Source: Hyphochytrium catenoides
Taxonomy: Eukaryota; Protista; Hyphochytriomycota
Length of the DNA: 64,000 bases
Direction: 5' to 3'
Assembly (NCBI GenBank): GCA_900088475.1
Contig: FLMG01000308.1
Coordinates: 1-64,000, forward strand
The notes beneath the pieces are model-generated. The model searched no databases. It saw nothing but the letters and a program-made list of their open reading frames with translations, and had not been told where the DNA came from. Both the position numbers and the translations under genes were made by a program. This document shows positions 23,222 to 37,152 of this stretch, in pieces (positions within the stretch are counted from its first letter, which is position 1; each line of letters opens with the position of its first letter).

Positions 23222-24864
23222 CTACTGGGGACTGATAAGGTCGTCTTCCTCCACGCTCCAAGCGACGGGGGATAAGGGAGGGGTAAGGGGCCGTCCAGAT
23301 GTCGTTTCCTGCTTGTCCCATGCCTGCGCATCCCAGGGTTCTGATCCCCGCAAGTGATCGAACGCCCGCGACGAAGCTGAACGTGTAGCTAATGGACTTC
23401 CTCTGGTTGAAGAGTCTGTTGGCGATAAGCTGCCTTCTGACTCTCGAGGCGTAGCAGGTGTGGGATCTGTCGCCACAAGTGCCGCAGCTACCGAAGCGGC
23501 CAGCTGGTCCTCGTCTAAAGTCGATGGCGTCTCACGCACTAATGGCAGCTTCCTATGTGCCCTTTCTTCTTCCTCTTGCAACGACTGCTTTAGCAATTGC
23601 TCTACCTCCCACACGCTGTTCGTACGATAAGTTCTAGAAAAGCATTCTTGATATCCAGGATGACGGCGCAACTGGCTACTTTCTCTGACTCCGATGATAG
23701 TCTAGAGTCCGACCAGACAGGGATTACAAAGCCGCATTAGAAATTGCGAACAATGTGAATGCAACAGCCAATCGAGCTTCTCACCTTTTCCTGGTCATAC
23801 TCTAGGTCGCAGGCTGCCTTCAGGTAGAACTTGCCCTCTCCATTGTTCTCCAGGACGAGAAATTCACAGTTGCGCAGGTTGTCTAACTGCTCGAACTCAT
23901 CCACTGTCCGCTTGAAGAATCTCATCCAGAACACGCGGATAGCGAGCCCATGTGTGACTAAGACATAATTGTCGGCAGGCCGAGTCTCAAACATCCTCCA
24001 AAGAGATTCTAAGAAGGAGGACACTCGATCATAGACGTCGCTACTGCTCTCGCCATGTGGAAAGCTGAGAGGATGATATTAGACAATGTGGCTCTATTCC
24101 ATCAAACGGCCGGCAGAGGTAAGGCTCGAAGGACATTACCGGTAATAGAAGGAGCCATATTTTCTCCTCTCTTTCTTGAGCTTCGGCATTAGTGCTGGAT
24201 CCTGGAAATTTCCAAAGTCCTGTTCTCGAATACGCGGCTCTTCGACCCACTGTACATCATGCTTGTCCAAGTCCAATGAGTACATCAAACCTTCCATTGT
24301 CTCCATGGTACGCACGTATGGCGATACAATGAACCGCTGCACCACGCCATTATCAGAAAACAAGCAAAAAGATGAAACTCCATCGCCTGAGACCAGCTCT
24401 GAATGGGGTGAAACGACCTACCACACTCTCGCCGCGAATGAAGCGCTCCTTTATATACCTCCCCGCAGCACGGGCTTGACGCCATCCCAGGTCCGTGAGA
24501 TGAAGCTGAGAGTCAGGAGTATCGGCATAGAGGTTGGGATCGATGTTTCCTTCAGATTGGCCATGTCGGACAAGGATCAGTCGGTTGGGTATGTACTGCC
24601 AGACACACGACGGGTCAGAACGACACACAAGGCTCGAATGCTCTCCCATGTCACACGCACCTGCTTCCGTTTATTAAGCAGCTTCTGGACCCGGCAGCTT
24701 CTGACTTTGCGCCTCGCTAGTATGAAGTAGGATTGTGTGGCTATTATCCCACAGAGGAATGGAACAAGGTACTGACGAAGGACCTGGAAAGCCCAGAAGA
24801 TAGAGGAGGGCTCTTCTCGCTGATCAGACAGACACCGATCAATTCCTGGCGATGGGATATCCAT
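23222..24864 (-). CDS. Histidine phosphatase / phosphoglycerate mutase family (DET1-like broad-range acid phosphatase)
   Basis: LILVRHGQSEGN, VSPYVRT, EEPRIREQDFGNFQ, FYYR/FPHGES and LVTHGL show an intact RHG/R/E/H catalytic set. There is an N-terminal hydrophobic segment. Multi-exon. Confidence 0.88.
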
Positions 24865-25142
24865 GTATTGTTCTCCTAGGTCAGCTGGTCTCACAAGAAG
24901 CACCTCTCGCTAACTTCCTCTCAACCACAAAGTTTTCCTTCAAATGCGGTGATACAATGCAATAAAGGCATATCATCAACAGCTTCACGTTGGCAACCTA
25001 CCAGCACCACACCTCCGGCATCCACCTCTCTGAGGCAGAAGAGCTTATTCAGTAAAAAGGGCACTAGCTTTCCCTTGCGCACTACCGTGGCCTGCGACTA
25101 CGGAGAGTAGAAGTGCACCGTCCAGACTGCTTCAGCTCATGC

Positions 25143-25196
25143 AGGGAAGCCATAAGAAAGTGGTCAGGTTCGAAGCCCAGTTCTTATGACTTCCCT
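25143..25196. other. Near-perfect hairpin (16-bp stem, one mismatch) enclosing a B-box-like GGTTCGAAGCC
   Basis: AGGGAAGCCATAAGAA (25143-25158) is the reverse complement of TTCTTATGACTTCCCT (25181-25196) except at one position. Confidence 0.6.
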
Positions 25197-26811
25197 CAAG
25201 GCAGAAAGCCAATAAATACCTGCGACTTTTCCCTGCGCTCTCCTCTGGGTTTTCATTGATTGTTTACAAGGAAGGCCCTTGTACAGCACAACACACACCC
25301 GAACGCCAAATATAGCCGCTAACGCCGCTATTCTTGCCGGTGAACGTTATTTCATAAATAATAATTAAATAATGTTGATGACTTCCCTAGGTTTTCTCTC
25401 TCTTTCTTTTTCTCCTCTGATCATCATCTTCATCCCACCAGCACACTAGATCATAAAGAGGGGAGATATTCTATGATAATAAGAATGATGATCCTCTGAA
25501 CAAGATCATCATGCTTCCGTCATTCAATTGTACTGGTCAGGCATCCACTTGGTTGACGGAGATTATTAAAAAATGATAGACAGGATGATGATGATGACAA
25601 TGCTAGCTGATGATGGACTCCTCCTCCACCACCACGCAGTTCACGTCGTAGATGAAGAATGCCTGGGTGTGCTTCGTATACATAAACCGCCAGCTGGTGG
25701 CGGAAGGTCAGGACTATATTGACATGACTGGCCAGCACCTGGCCACTATAATAATTAACAAGAAGAACAACGACTGATCTCAAAGGTGCTTGTTTTCTCG
25801 TTTAACAAAGGTTGGAAATAAGTGTTTGCCATGCTAACCTATGGTGCTTAAGAAGCAACGGCCTGAGTGCTGCTCGAAGAAGGTACACACTTTTCTTGGC
25901 CCTCCTGGTACCTTCTTCTCCTTTCAGCGTCCATCAACTCCTCCGCCCGCAGAATGTATAGTAGTCCTCAGTCTCTCTCTTGTAGGCTAACAGAAAGGTT
26001 CTTACTCTCTACATAGTGTATGCGTAGGATCAGTGGCAGTATGTCCATGTCTCACCAGGAAGAGGCCATTTCTTTTGGGGCCTTCATCGACATAGCTACT
26101 GCCGTGCGGTCTCTAGTGGTAGGGCACCCGCGGCGCCAGGTAGGGCATTTATTTGATTTCACGATAAAGGAGTAGTGGATAATCCACAGAGTAACGATAG
26201 TTGATGGCAGAGTTCAGAATTATCTGTTTAGCAGCAGAAGAGCAGAAAGGATGCAGCATCAACGAAAAAAGAGGATATCCTATCATCAACTGCTGAATAT
26301 CCAGACGGCAGCAGCAGCAGCTTCTTTGGTCCCTTTCTCCTATCCCTATGCTTGGCATCACTTACCACTACTGAGCAGGACGACAGAGCTCTTATAATAA
26401 CTGCCTTCAGTAGCTAGAGTTATCAGTATGATCTTGCTCTTCCTTATTCTTCTCAAGGTGATGGAGCGGCAGTGGAGCAGCATAATAGATTTACGTTAAC
26501 GAACAAGTTTGCCTCGAGATGAGGCGCCAACATCTACAACAGCAGCAGCAAGAAAGGCAAGGATGCTTATCGGATGTCCTTCTCTATCCCCAGCCGCTTC
26601 AAGGAACCTCGCTCTCGCTCAGTACGGCAGTGCACCACCCAGTGCAGGGGAAGGATGATTGAGACGATGCTTATACTTTTTGTGTTGCTGCAGAGGAGAG
26701 TGGCTTCGCTCCTCCGCTTTGCTCCTCGGCCACCAGCCATCACATGCATCCTGTAGCCAACCGGAGATGATGATAGTTGGATGATGATACAGTCGTAAGC
26801 TTGTTTAAAGA

Positions 26812-26852
26812 AGAGGAAAGCGGCTGCACTAGAGGAAAGCGGCTGCACTAGA
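26812..26852. repeat. 19-bp tandem duplication
   Basis: (AGAGGAAAGCGGCTGCACT)x2 followed by AGA. Confidence 0.85.
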
Positions 26853-27113
26853 TGGGCCGGAGTGACGGTGTCTCTAGATAGGAGGAAGTCTAATAGAGTA
26901 AATGCACTTCTCACAAGCAGTATCTTCTTTCCAAGATCACTGCAGAGGGCCCTTTCCTGTGAATCAGATTCTCTCTTTACAATCGCCAATAGAAGTAGTA
27001 ATGAAGTACGATATATAATAATCGAGTTTAGGGGGAAGTTAACAATAGTATGTCCTGGTGTATCGACTCTGTCTCACAAGAACTTCATAAAAGGCAAGTA
27101 GCTTGTACTCACA

Positions 27114-27433
27114 AGAGACAGAGACATACCAGAGGAAGAAAGAGCGAGACAGAGTAGATACGCAACAAGATAGAGAGAACGAGACAGAACAGAGAAAGAG
27201 AGTGAGAGAACGAGACAGAGCGGTAGTAGATAGAGAAGGTGATTCTAGGGGAGAGATAAAGACAGAGAAAGAGAGAGGCAGCAGTAAAGATGTATATATA
27301 AATATATACACAGACAGAGAGAGAGCGACGGGGNNNNNNNNNNNNNNNNNNNNNNNNNNNNNNNNNNNNNNNNNNNNNNNNNNNNNNNNNNNNNNNNNNN
27401 NNNNNNNNNNNNNNNNNNNNNNNGAGAGAGAGC
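27114..27433. repeat. GA-rich low-complexity tract with an N gap (27334-27423)
   Basis: Imperfect (GA)n run. Confidence 0.85.
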
Positions 27434-27929
27434 GCGAGCAAGTTGTAGCAAGGGAGAGAAAGTGCAACAGACGATATAAAGCTAGCAGCTTCATCTCTCG
27501 CCCGAGCTCCGCTCCGCCGCCAGAGCTTTAATGTCCTGCTGGCGATGGCGATGGCCCTGCGCAGCAACACAGCAGGAGTAAAATTATAGGGGAGCGCTGT
27601 AGGTAGAGGCTCTCTTCCCACTGCTGAGCGCCTGCTCGGCCTCGACGGCCGCCAGCTTTTCCTTATCTGTTAGCACCAGAAGGATTGGGAGGCTTGGCTA
27701 TGAGGTTTGCGCCGCACAGAGAAGCTCGAGCCTTCAAGACTCTTCAGTAACAAGGCTGTACCGGGTGTCCTCCAGTCCTACTGTCATTTGCGCCAACCCA
27801 GCTCGGTGTATTCTTTGAGCTGAGCCAACCAGACCGCCAGCCTCAAGCCGTTCAATGTAGAACGTCTGAGAAAGCACCGTTGCCCTTTGCCTTACCCTCG
27901 GTAAGAGGAAGAGGCCACCCGTAGGCGCA

Positions 27930-30900
27930 ATGTCAGACGAGGATTCTAGTCCGGAGGGGACCAGCTCCGACGAGAGCGAATCGGAACATATTTCGCCTCA
28001 GGCAACGAGCCTTTCCGTCGGGACTGCCGAGCAAGCTCCATCGGAAGAACCTAGCCAGGACGCGCAGGCCAAAGGCGCGGCGGCGAGCAATTCTTCTGAC
28101 AGCGGGAATAGCTCCGATTCTTCCTCAGGCTCGGTGACCTCGTCTTCTGAGGATGAAGGACCTTCCACTGCTAATAAAGCCGTCTCACAGAAGGTGGTAG
28201 GGATCCCGCGGCCAGAGAGAGCTTCTCCGGTCACTGTCCTGCCCTCTACGGCCGCAGTATCACGCTTAGGGGGAACGAGGGGAAACGCGCGGCAGCGACC
28301 TCCTGCAGCTTCAGGGCTGGGTCCTGTTGCTCTCGGAGTGGTAAAGCGAGACCGTCGCAGCATTGAAGAGATCCAGAAGGAGATAAGAGCCAAGAAAGGC
28401 GGAGCGGAGGGGCTACCTAGCCGTGCAGGCAGTCCCTCTCCGCCGCTGCGTCCAGTCATTCGCAGCTCTAGTCGTGCTTCCTCGCCAGTCACAGGCTCTC
28501 CTCCTCTCAACCCTCTCACTGGCACTGGATCGGTGGAGAGCAGCGACGATGAGGGCAGGCTGCCACTACCTCCAAAGCTTGGCCTGGTCCCTGGCGGCCC
28601 GGTTGGAATGAAGGTGAAGGGAACAGGAGTGCGAGCGCGATTAGCCAAAAAGCTGGCTGGAAAGCCTCGGGCGAGGTCTGCAGCTAGCAAGGGAAAGAGT
28701 GCTGGAGGCGGGGCAACAGCCGCTGGAAGAACACGTAAAATGAGTAACGGAATGGAACTAAATGGCTCAGCTCCAAGCTCTCCCGTCCCAGGTGAGAATG
28801 ATGCAGCCCCAGGATCAGCGCAAGGGCGAGAGACAGGCCCGAGAAGGCGAAGGAAGAGCGGAGATGAAGCTTCAGGAGAGGTCTCGACGACAAAGAGCAG
28901 GAGGAAGCTCAGCGAGGCAATGAGCAAGGGAGTCGAAAAGTAAGTTCTAGAGAGTTCTAATGTCTAGTTCCATTCCGTCTCCATCTGGTCGGTTCAGGAG
29001 ATATCTAAGCAGTCTACTGGATCCTCTTTCTCTGCTGAACCAAAGGACCGTCGCGTCAGCTAAGGGAAAGAAAGGGGAGAAGAGAGGCGGGGACGAGAGT
29101 GGAGGGCAGAAGTTCAAGCTACCCGGATCAGCCCTCAGCCTCTTACCAGGAGCCGTCGATAAGAAGGATCCCAATGAGAAGGGTACGGAGACACGTCTTA
29201 CCTTCCATGGCGTTCTGAACCCTGACATTCCCTCCTGTTTTGCGCTGTCTTACTTCGACTCTTTGATGGAAACAGCCATCGCCGTGATCTTGCATCACCG
29301 TCAGGCGCTCCGACTGCCCTCGCATAACTCACTAGCGTCCCACCAAGGGAAAGTTCGCGGAGTAGACAGCTCCTCCTGCGTACAATGTGACAGGGAGCTC
29401 CGAAGTGGACTCTCAACGTCTCAAATGCAGCTTGTCACCGAATATCTGGTTCAATGGGCAGGGACCTCTCATGTCCATGACACTTGGGAGGTGCAAAGCA
29501 CGCTTCTTGGGGACAAATACGGAGACCAATCGGTACCTTTGGTGCCAGCTGCGCAGTTGGTAAACGCCAAGCAGCCTCTATTTCCCATTCCCCAGCGTCA
29601 ATACCTTCCTTCCGGGTCCCTTGAGACCATCATAATGCCCTGGCTGCGATGAGTTCGGCTGTTGACAGCCAAGTACTGCCTCTTTGTTCTTGCTATACGG
29701 ATAACTCTTGTACTTCCTCTCATAATTGTCCTCGTTTACGGCCTGCGATCCCCTTTGAGCCACTTCTCATCCGAGGCAATTTGTATTATTTTCTTTAGCT
29801 GAAGGATTACGAGAGGAAGGTGGAGGCGATTCAGAACATAGACACGTCACAGTTTCCAGACATGCGGGAGGCCATCAACATGGAGCGTGAGCTTTTCCCT
29901 CTGATTTTGAAAAGTTTTACAAGCGTGGAGCGCGTACTGGGGCAGTTAGAACCGGAAGCGAGCGCTTCCCCTTCTCCAAGCAAAGAGGCACAACTACTCT
30001 GCAAATGGAGCGGACTGCCGTATGCTGAGGTAAGCACACGATGTTCCTTTCTCCCTATTCTTTGTGTCTCTCCTGCCCATTCTGCAAAGTTTTGTCGGAC
30101 CACATGATCTCTTCATCTTCCACTCTTCCCAGGGCACTCTTTTGGCATCGTACTCTTCCACTGACTTAGCGCCCCGGTCGTGCCTATCCTGTAGGCGCAT
30201 TGGGAGAGAAAAAGTATCGCTGTTTCTTTGTTGGATGGTGAAAAAGAGCTAAATAGCTACCTGAGGAGAGAGGCGTCAAGACAGCGGGACCAACCATCCA
30301 TTGTGGAAGCCACTACCGACGAGATCTCTGGCTCATTCAAGCCGTACGTCTACTTCCATATATACTTCGAACCACACGCATGTCACACCACATGCTCTCT
30401 TTCCATCCTCCCTGTAACCTACAACCTGATTGTCCGTCTCCAAACCTCGTGTCCACTGCTACTACGCTTGCCCTGCGCCAGTCAACTCATGTCTTAAGCT
30501 AGAAGGCATCCCCATTGTCTCATCTCATTCTCTGTGACAGGTTTTCTGGCTCTTCGCGCTATTTGTCGCAGTCGGTCGTCTTCAGTAAAGACCAACTGCA
30601 CGCGATAGATTTTATAGTACAGAATTGTATAGAGAAGCGGTCAACGGTTTGCCTAGACTGTACCAATCCGCGGACTATTAGTATTGCTAGTAGCGCCTAC
30701 CTCCTGGACCTCTGTTCTCCCCTCATCCTCCCACCTATCCTTGTGGTGGTACCCTCTTCGCTTCTCTTTGTTTGGCATGAGGAGTTCAAGAGAGCCGCTC
30801 CCTTTTTGACTTGTCTGCTATTTGAAGGCGACGAAAGGTGCGAGCTCGCTCTCTTCTCTGGCACGTCTCCGTCGCTTTCTGTCAGTTCTCATGCCCTGTT

Positions 30901-33900
30901 ACGGCTAGCATGTGGACTCACAGTCTCCTAGCTTTGCAGAGTTCCCTCTTCTCCCCTTGTACCTTTGGCTGAAAACCATTTCAGATTAGCTCTCATGTTT
31001 AGGTTTGTTTCAAAGTCTTAGACTTCTGCTCCTTAGCATTATACCCTGCTGCCATTTCGTGTTGTTCCTTTGTTAGGAGCCGTTCATTATTTATTGCGAA
31101 GGAGCTCTCCCAGCGCTGTCAGGTAGTAATAACTAGCTTCAATAGCCTTTTGAAGGACAGGGTAAGACCTTACAGCAACCAAGAATGCCACCGTGCGTCT
31201 CTATTGTCACTCCACTTTAATGTGTTCTCTGGCATAGCTCTCGTGCTTTCCAGTCTGGTTTTCCTAGAGACCGGGGTCACTGGCGTGTCCTATAGATGCC
31301 CTGCTCTTATGTATCGCCGCAATTGCTTGGATCAATGATAGGCGCTGCATCGACTGGAGTGGACGGCAGTAATTGTAGATGAAGTCCATTGCCTTCAGAA
31401 TCCCGAGTCCTCCTTGTTTCAGTCACTTCAGGGCCTACACTGCAGAGCAAAACTTCTCCTGTTTCAGTCTTCTCGAGGGTCTTCTTTAGCTTCCTTGTGG
31501 CCCGCGATGCATCTTGTAGAGGAACATAAGTTCCCGTCAAAGTCATCATTTCGGGCTCTGGAGGATGCTGTTATGCAAAAGGTATAAAATGACACATAGC
31601 GAACACTTAGATGAACACTAGCAGAAGGGGCTCACACCTCAGTTTGCGGATCGACCTAACGTGGCAGTGGTTATCATTGGGCCACGTTTTCCAGGCAGTG
31701 GGACGGAATTGGGAGCGGAGTAAAGCCATAGGTCCTGGGGGGAGGGGACAAGGGTTAACTAAACATCGAATGCCTTATCTAGGCCTTAAACGGTAGCCAT
31801 TCTCAAGTAAAGGAGCAAGAACAGAAGGTTCTGCTGGAGGAAGCTGAGATGGCCTTAGCGTTGAGTGTTCTACTGCTCGCACATCCTCCACCTCGCCAAT
31901 TTTGCACTGTGATTCCCTGTCAGCTCTCGGCCCTTCAGCGGCGTCTTTACCGCTATCTCTGGGCGTCAAACTTCGAGAGCTTGAAAACCGACATAGTCAA
32001 GGCTGAAGGGCCTCTTGAGCTCCTAGAGAAGGTCAGTTCTGGGAACTCTGTTGCTAGCACTTCCACCACTTGCTTCACGTTGGTCTCTTTAGTAGCCTTA
32101 GCCCCTTCACGTTGTTCTACGGACGTTGCGGTTGCAAAAGTTCTATGTGACGTTGGTGGTGTGTCCTTCTACCTTTTAGCTAACCCGTCCGTCGTATAGG
32201 TGTGCTCCCACCCAAGCTTAGTAACAGCAAGTCGGAGTGTGCTAGAGTCGAAGTATGGGGCGGGCCTGGGCGGCCTGGTCCGGGGTAGCGGGAAGATGAA
32301 GGTGCTCGAGCAGCTGTTGACGCGGTGGAGGGATGAGGAGAAGCGATGCGTCATTCTATCGCACCGCATGAAAATGTTGGACCTCTTAGGAGAGTACTGC
32401 ATGCTCAATGGCCTCAGGTACTTTTTCTCCTTTCTCATAGTAGCTTAAAAGTGCCTCCGATCTGGGTCATAGTCCTGAAATGCTCCTTCAGGCTCTGATC
32501 AGCTTCATCCGTCCACATTGTCTCGTTACTTTGTTGCTCTTTGGAGCCTTGATCTTTCTTGGCTGTAACTTCGCTTTAGACTGACTGTCGACTTCTCTCT
32601 GCTAGATATCAGCGCGTTGATCGGTCTATGGAGCGTGGTCCCCGAAAGGCGGCGCTGGGCAGCTTTAACGACCCCACAAGCAAGGACTTGCTGCTGCTTC
32701 TTTCCGGGGCTTGCCGAGGGATGGAACTCATGGTGCAGAATGTGGACTTTATTGTTATCTTTGACAGGTCGGGCTCCAGCTCCTCAAGGGTTCACTAGGT
32801 GGTTTAGGCTCTCTTGTGCCTCCCCGGCCCATAAATATTCCCTTTTGACTGTTGCTGCTGTCTGGTTCTCTGTCTATATTCTTCATCTGGTTCGTTCGCC
32901 ACGTGTGTCCCCTGCTTCTTCTCCTGTCCTGTGGAGTTGGGTCGCTTAAGGGGAAAAATGAGCGGCTAGGCATCCGTAATGCGAGACTCTCCCCTGATAT
33001 AAGTGCCATTCCTTCGCAATATTAGTGGTCCCTTACCTGAGAAGGACTTGGAAGTGGCAGAATGGGCAACAATAAACCCTCGGGGCGCTGCTGAGAGTGC
33101 AGTTGGGCGGCCATCTTCTTTCCAAGAGGCCTCTTCCACCGGTCTCCGCTTCGTCCGCCTCGTGGCTTCCGGGTCTGCAGAGTGGTCTCGGACGCAACTT
33201 CCAGCGACTGGTCTTGCCTCAGATTCACTGGATAGACCTTCAGATTTCCTGTTTGAGTATGACAAAGAGGGTAAACTGCAACTCGCCCCACCTCGCATGC
33301 GGCGGGGTGAGGTCTTGGCCGCTGAAGTGCAGGTAAGCTTCTGAGCAGCTCCCATCTTGAACTTAGGAAGACATGGAGTAAGATGGCGAGCGAGAAGAGA
33401 GAAGAAGAGAGATTTTGAGATATACATATATATATGTATTATGAGTTGAGAGAGGGGCGAAGAAGGCTATCTCGTCTCTGTCCGGAGTCATCTCGGCGTT
33501 TCCACGCCCCTGTACTTGTTGTCAGTCTTTCCTAGTCCTGCCATGGCTGCATTTATACAACTAAGAGCGGCTTCCCAACTGCTGGCAGAACCTGCAGCCC
33601 ATCCTGGAGCGGACGCAAGACATTGCAGCGGACCATGCCCTGGATGATTGGCGGATCAGTGAGGAGCTTTTAACGTGAGGCATTGTTTTCCTTGTCTATC
33701 CTAAAATCTCATTTTGGACTTTGCGTGGGGCTCACCGCACGTCTTCTTCTTGATTCACTTCTCTCTGAGCAGCCAATTATCCCAGCACACCACCGTCCTG
33801 GAGGGCGCGGAGAGGACGGCGAGAGACCCACTTTCTACCAAATGCTTCCCTTCGTTCTCCTCTCGCCGGTCAGTGATAGAAGCATTCAGAAGGCGGGGCC

Positions 33901-36725
33901 GGCAAGATCTGGACTCGAGATTGCCAAGCCGCTTTGATGTGCTTCTACCCCAGGCTCTGCGGAATAAGATTTTGGAGGTATGACGAGTCCGGTTTATCGC
34001 TCTTTCTTTTGTCTCTCCATTGCTAACGCTCCGTCTTGCTAATGCTGGTCCCACTGCCTTCTGTCACGATAGGAGGACACCCTTCGCCTAAGCCCGGACT
34101 GTACCACTCCCACGGTATCTCTTCCTCCACTGCTTCATCTTCAATACCAATGGCAGACCCAGGTGGTACGTGATATGGATGATATCGCTGAGCTCGAAAG
34201 CTCAGGAGGGAGAGGAGAAGGGTCGACTATCCTTTCGTCTCTTTCTCCTGATGGGCTCTTGAGCTTGTACCATGCACTCCTCAGCTGCGCTACATTCGAT
34301 GACCTTGGCATCAGAAGCTTTGAGACCGACGGTGAGCTAGCTATCTCCTTCATTCCGTTTCCCATGACTTACGTTTCCATCTGACCCATTCGCTCTTGTT
34401 GCAACCACCGTCGTGGATCTCTTCGCTAGCATTATGCCATTTCAAGTTCATGACTGACATAATTCCGTCCTTGCGCCAATGCGTCTGTCGAACAGCGTTA
34501 TAGAGGATAACGTGTGCTCTGCTACTTTGCGCATACTCTTTCTTTGCCTGGGGCGTCCCACTTCTCTGGCTGACCCTTTCACTCGGCCCTGCTTAGTATG
34601 TCTGTTTCTGAGTAAAAGGGCATCGCATGCTGATTCCTATCCTTGTCTCTCTATCTCAGGCAAGGTGTCCTGGCGCCAGCCAAGTCTTGCGTATCGCTCT
34701 CAGCTTGTGAAGACGTTGCGGAAGCCTGAAGCGTTCATCCTCGACTGCGCCAAAAAACTCTACTCTAAGTGTGAAGAAGCCGTATGGCAGGCATCTTCGT
34801 CATCAGTCTTGGCGAAATCTCCAGAGGAAGCTCTCCTTGTCTTCCCGGTAAACATGGACCTCTGACCTCCTTTCAGACCTCCGTTGCACCTCTATCTATA
34901 GCCTGTACTCTTGGCAGACAGGCTCCGTACCACTTGCCGCGGCTCAACCTATCTTCAATAGTCACTAAATGAACATCTTCTGACTCTCTGGACTACCTGC
35001 TATTTACTACTCTAGGATATTGAACTGAAGGCCTTTCCAGTTGTGGAGAATGTCTGGCTCTATACGTTGCTAGGCGCTGCACTGCAGCGGGTAGGGAGAG
35101 AAAGCAAATCCAGCCTCGACCAGCTTCCGTCTCGGCTCAGTCCAGAGAGGTTGGGGCTTGTGGAAGGAGTGAGAACCCGAGAACAGCGGGCTTACGAGGA
35201 GTTTGAGTGGAGCAGTAGCAAGGTAAGGGCATTCTGCCATGCAGCAGCGCGAGAGGTGATGCCCCTAAGAGAAGCAAATAAAGGCGAGAGAAGCAGTTTC
35301 GGTCTTAGCTTATAGCATACGAAGAACTACGACTGGCTGGGGCAGCCTGCGAGCTTCCTCTGCTTACTTTATTCTCCTTCCTCTGTTCTTGTCCCTCTTG
35401 TGCCCTTACATATCATTCCAGGACATGCGGCTCCTTTTCGGGGTGTATAAGCATGGGCTCACCTCGTGGAAGGAGGTGGCGGAAGATGCCTCCGTAAACC
35501 TGACGCCTCCTAGAGACAAAGGCGGACGTTGGCTGGACTGGCTAAGGAAGCGAGCTTTCTCTCTTCTCCGGTCTCTTCCTGGCTTGCCGGGCTATGGGAA
35601 TCCTCTCGAAAGAATAAAGAAGCGAGAGAGACCAGAAGCAGAGCGAGACGTCATACGTCAGATCCTTGAGAGGAGAAGAGGTGAACGGGTTGAGAACCCA
35701 AGAAAAGGGAGACAATCACCGGAGAAAGAAGTGCGTCAGAAGAGTGATCTCTCTTCTTTGACCGTTTTTAAATCAGAGAAACTGGAGAGGCCAAAGGAGC
35801 CCAGGGAGAGAGGGTCAGATGCTCCCCTTCGAGTAGAAGCGCGTCCACCCTCTCGTTCTCGTGTCTCTCTCCCGCGTCAACCTCCATCTCCCGCGTCTGG
35901 AGAAGCTGCTCGCTCTTCTCCTGCTCCTCCTGCCCCTCAGGCCCTTTCTCAACCACCTGCTGTGTCACCTCCTGAGACCCGCCCTGCTTCGTCTAAAGAG
36001 GAGACAAGGAAGTCAGAGTCCCTCCTTGGAAAGAGGCCACCTCCATCGTCCTCTTCAGACACGGTGGCGCCAAGGGTTCCGATAGACTCAGACAATGAAG
36101 CTAAAGCAAGGGCTGCACTAAAAGGAGTCAGGAGAACGCTCAAGAAACTTCAAATATTCCCAGATTGGGCCAAGGGGAAGGACCCAGAGCTGGTGGCTGG
36201 GAAGGTGAGCTACATAGAGGAAGGTCTGAGGCGAAGAGAGACGACGAGAATGGGAAGGAAAGAGAGAGGAGGAAGAGAGGAAGAAAAGTGACTCGGTGAC
36301 GGAGAGAGAGGACACGAGGGGGAGAGAGTGTGTGCGAAAGAGCGAAAAGCAGCTTGCTTTAGAGAAGTCGAGAACTAGTGAGAAGGAAACACGTACAGTG
36401 AGATCGTAGAGGTGGCAGGGAAGGGTGAGAGGTGGGCACTCGCCGGCAAATAGGCGATGCCGGATGCGGATGTCTGGCCGCCTCATTCTGACTCTCTCTG
36501 TACTTTTCTCGTCAGGCTGAGCGCTATGTGATAGAGATAGGAGATGCCATCGCGGCCGAGCCCGCTGCTCACGCAGATGCTTTGTGGAAATATGCGGCCT
36601 CCTACACTTCCGTGAGCCCGCAAGAGCTGAAGGAGATCTACCAGGAGGTGCTAGAGGAGAGACTGACATGGGCCAAGAGGAAAAAACGGAGGATAGACGG
36701 TGAGGGCTCGGCCAGTGCAGGATAA
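27930..36725 (+). CDS. CHD1-like chromatin remodeler (tandem chromodomains, SNF2-like lobes, SANT/SLIDE-like, C-terminal CHCT-like) with degenerate ATPase motifs
   Basis: Chromo1 EYLVQWAGTSHVHDTWE; chromo2 VERVLG..LLCKWSGLPYAE. SNF2 remnants PILVVVPSSLL, VIVDEVH, CQLSALQRRLY, VCSHPSL and GSGKMKVLEQLL..RCVILSHRMKMLDLL. SLIDE-like DMRLLFGVYKHGLTSWKEV. CHCT-like IEIGDAI..LWKYAASY..LKEIY. Confidence 0.8.
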
Positions 36726-37152
36726 GAGCCAAGCAGCTCTGGACTTGGGACAGACCGATAAGTTATTGCGGGATGCAGGGCTCACGACCAAAGGCCCTAT
36801 GATTTGGCACATGAGATCTCTCACTTTGGCAATGTGGGTGTGCTTGACTGCCACTCTTCCTGCATCCTTGGCCAAGAGTCACAGAGAGGCGACTAGGAAC
36901 TAATTGTCTATCTAGAGAGAGAGAGCTTAAGGAAACGAGAGGACAGTGCATGCGAGACAGAGCTGCTGCAGTGATTTATGTCAATATATTTATGATAAGG
37001 GCCTCACGACAGGCCTGTCACTGATAACACGGAAGGAATCACACATCTGACGGTCCACATAATATGTTACTGAGCCAAACACATAGATAGACACTTTGTC
37101 CCCTTGACAAGCTATCTTACTGGCAAGCTCTGAAGAGAACCCGCATATGTTT

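Noticed and set aside
25159-25180. tRNA or SRP RNA gene
   Set aside because: There are no D or anticodon arms, the T-stem does not pair, and there is no SRP helix-8 complement.
25650-25730. Copia-like RQLVAEGQDYID motif
   Set aside because: It is a single weak motif with no supporting RT motifs in order.
27998-28927. 309-aa minus-strand ORF
   Set aside because: It is the antisense shadow of the GC-rich first exon of the CHD-like gene.
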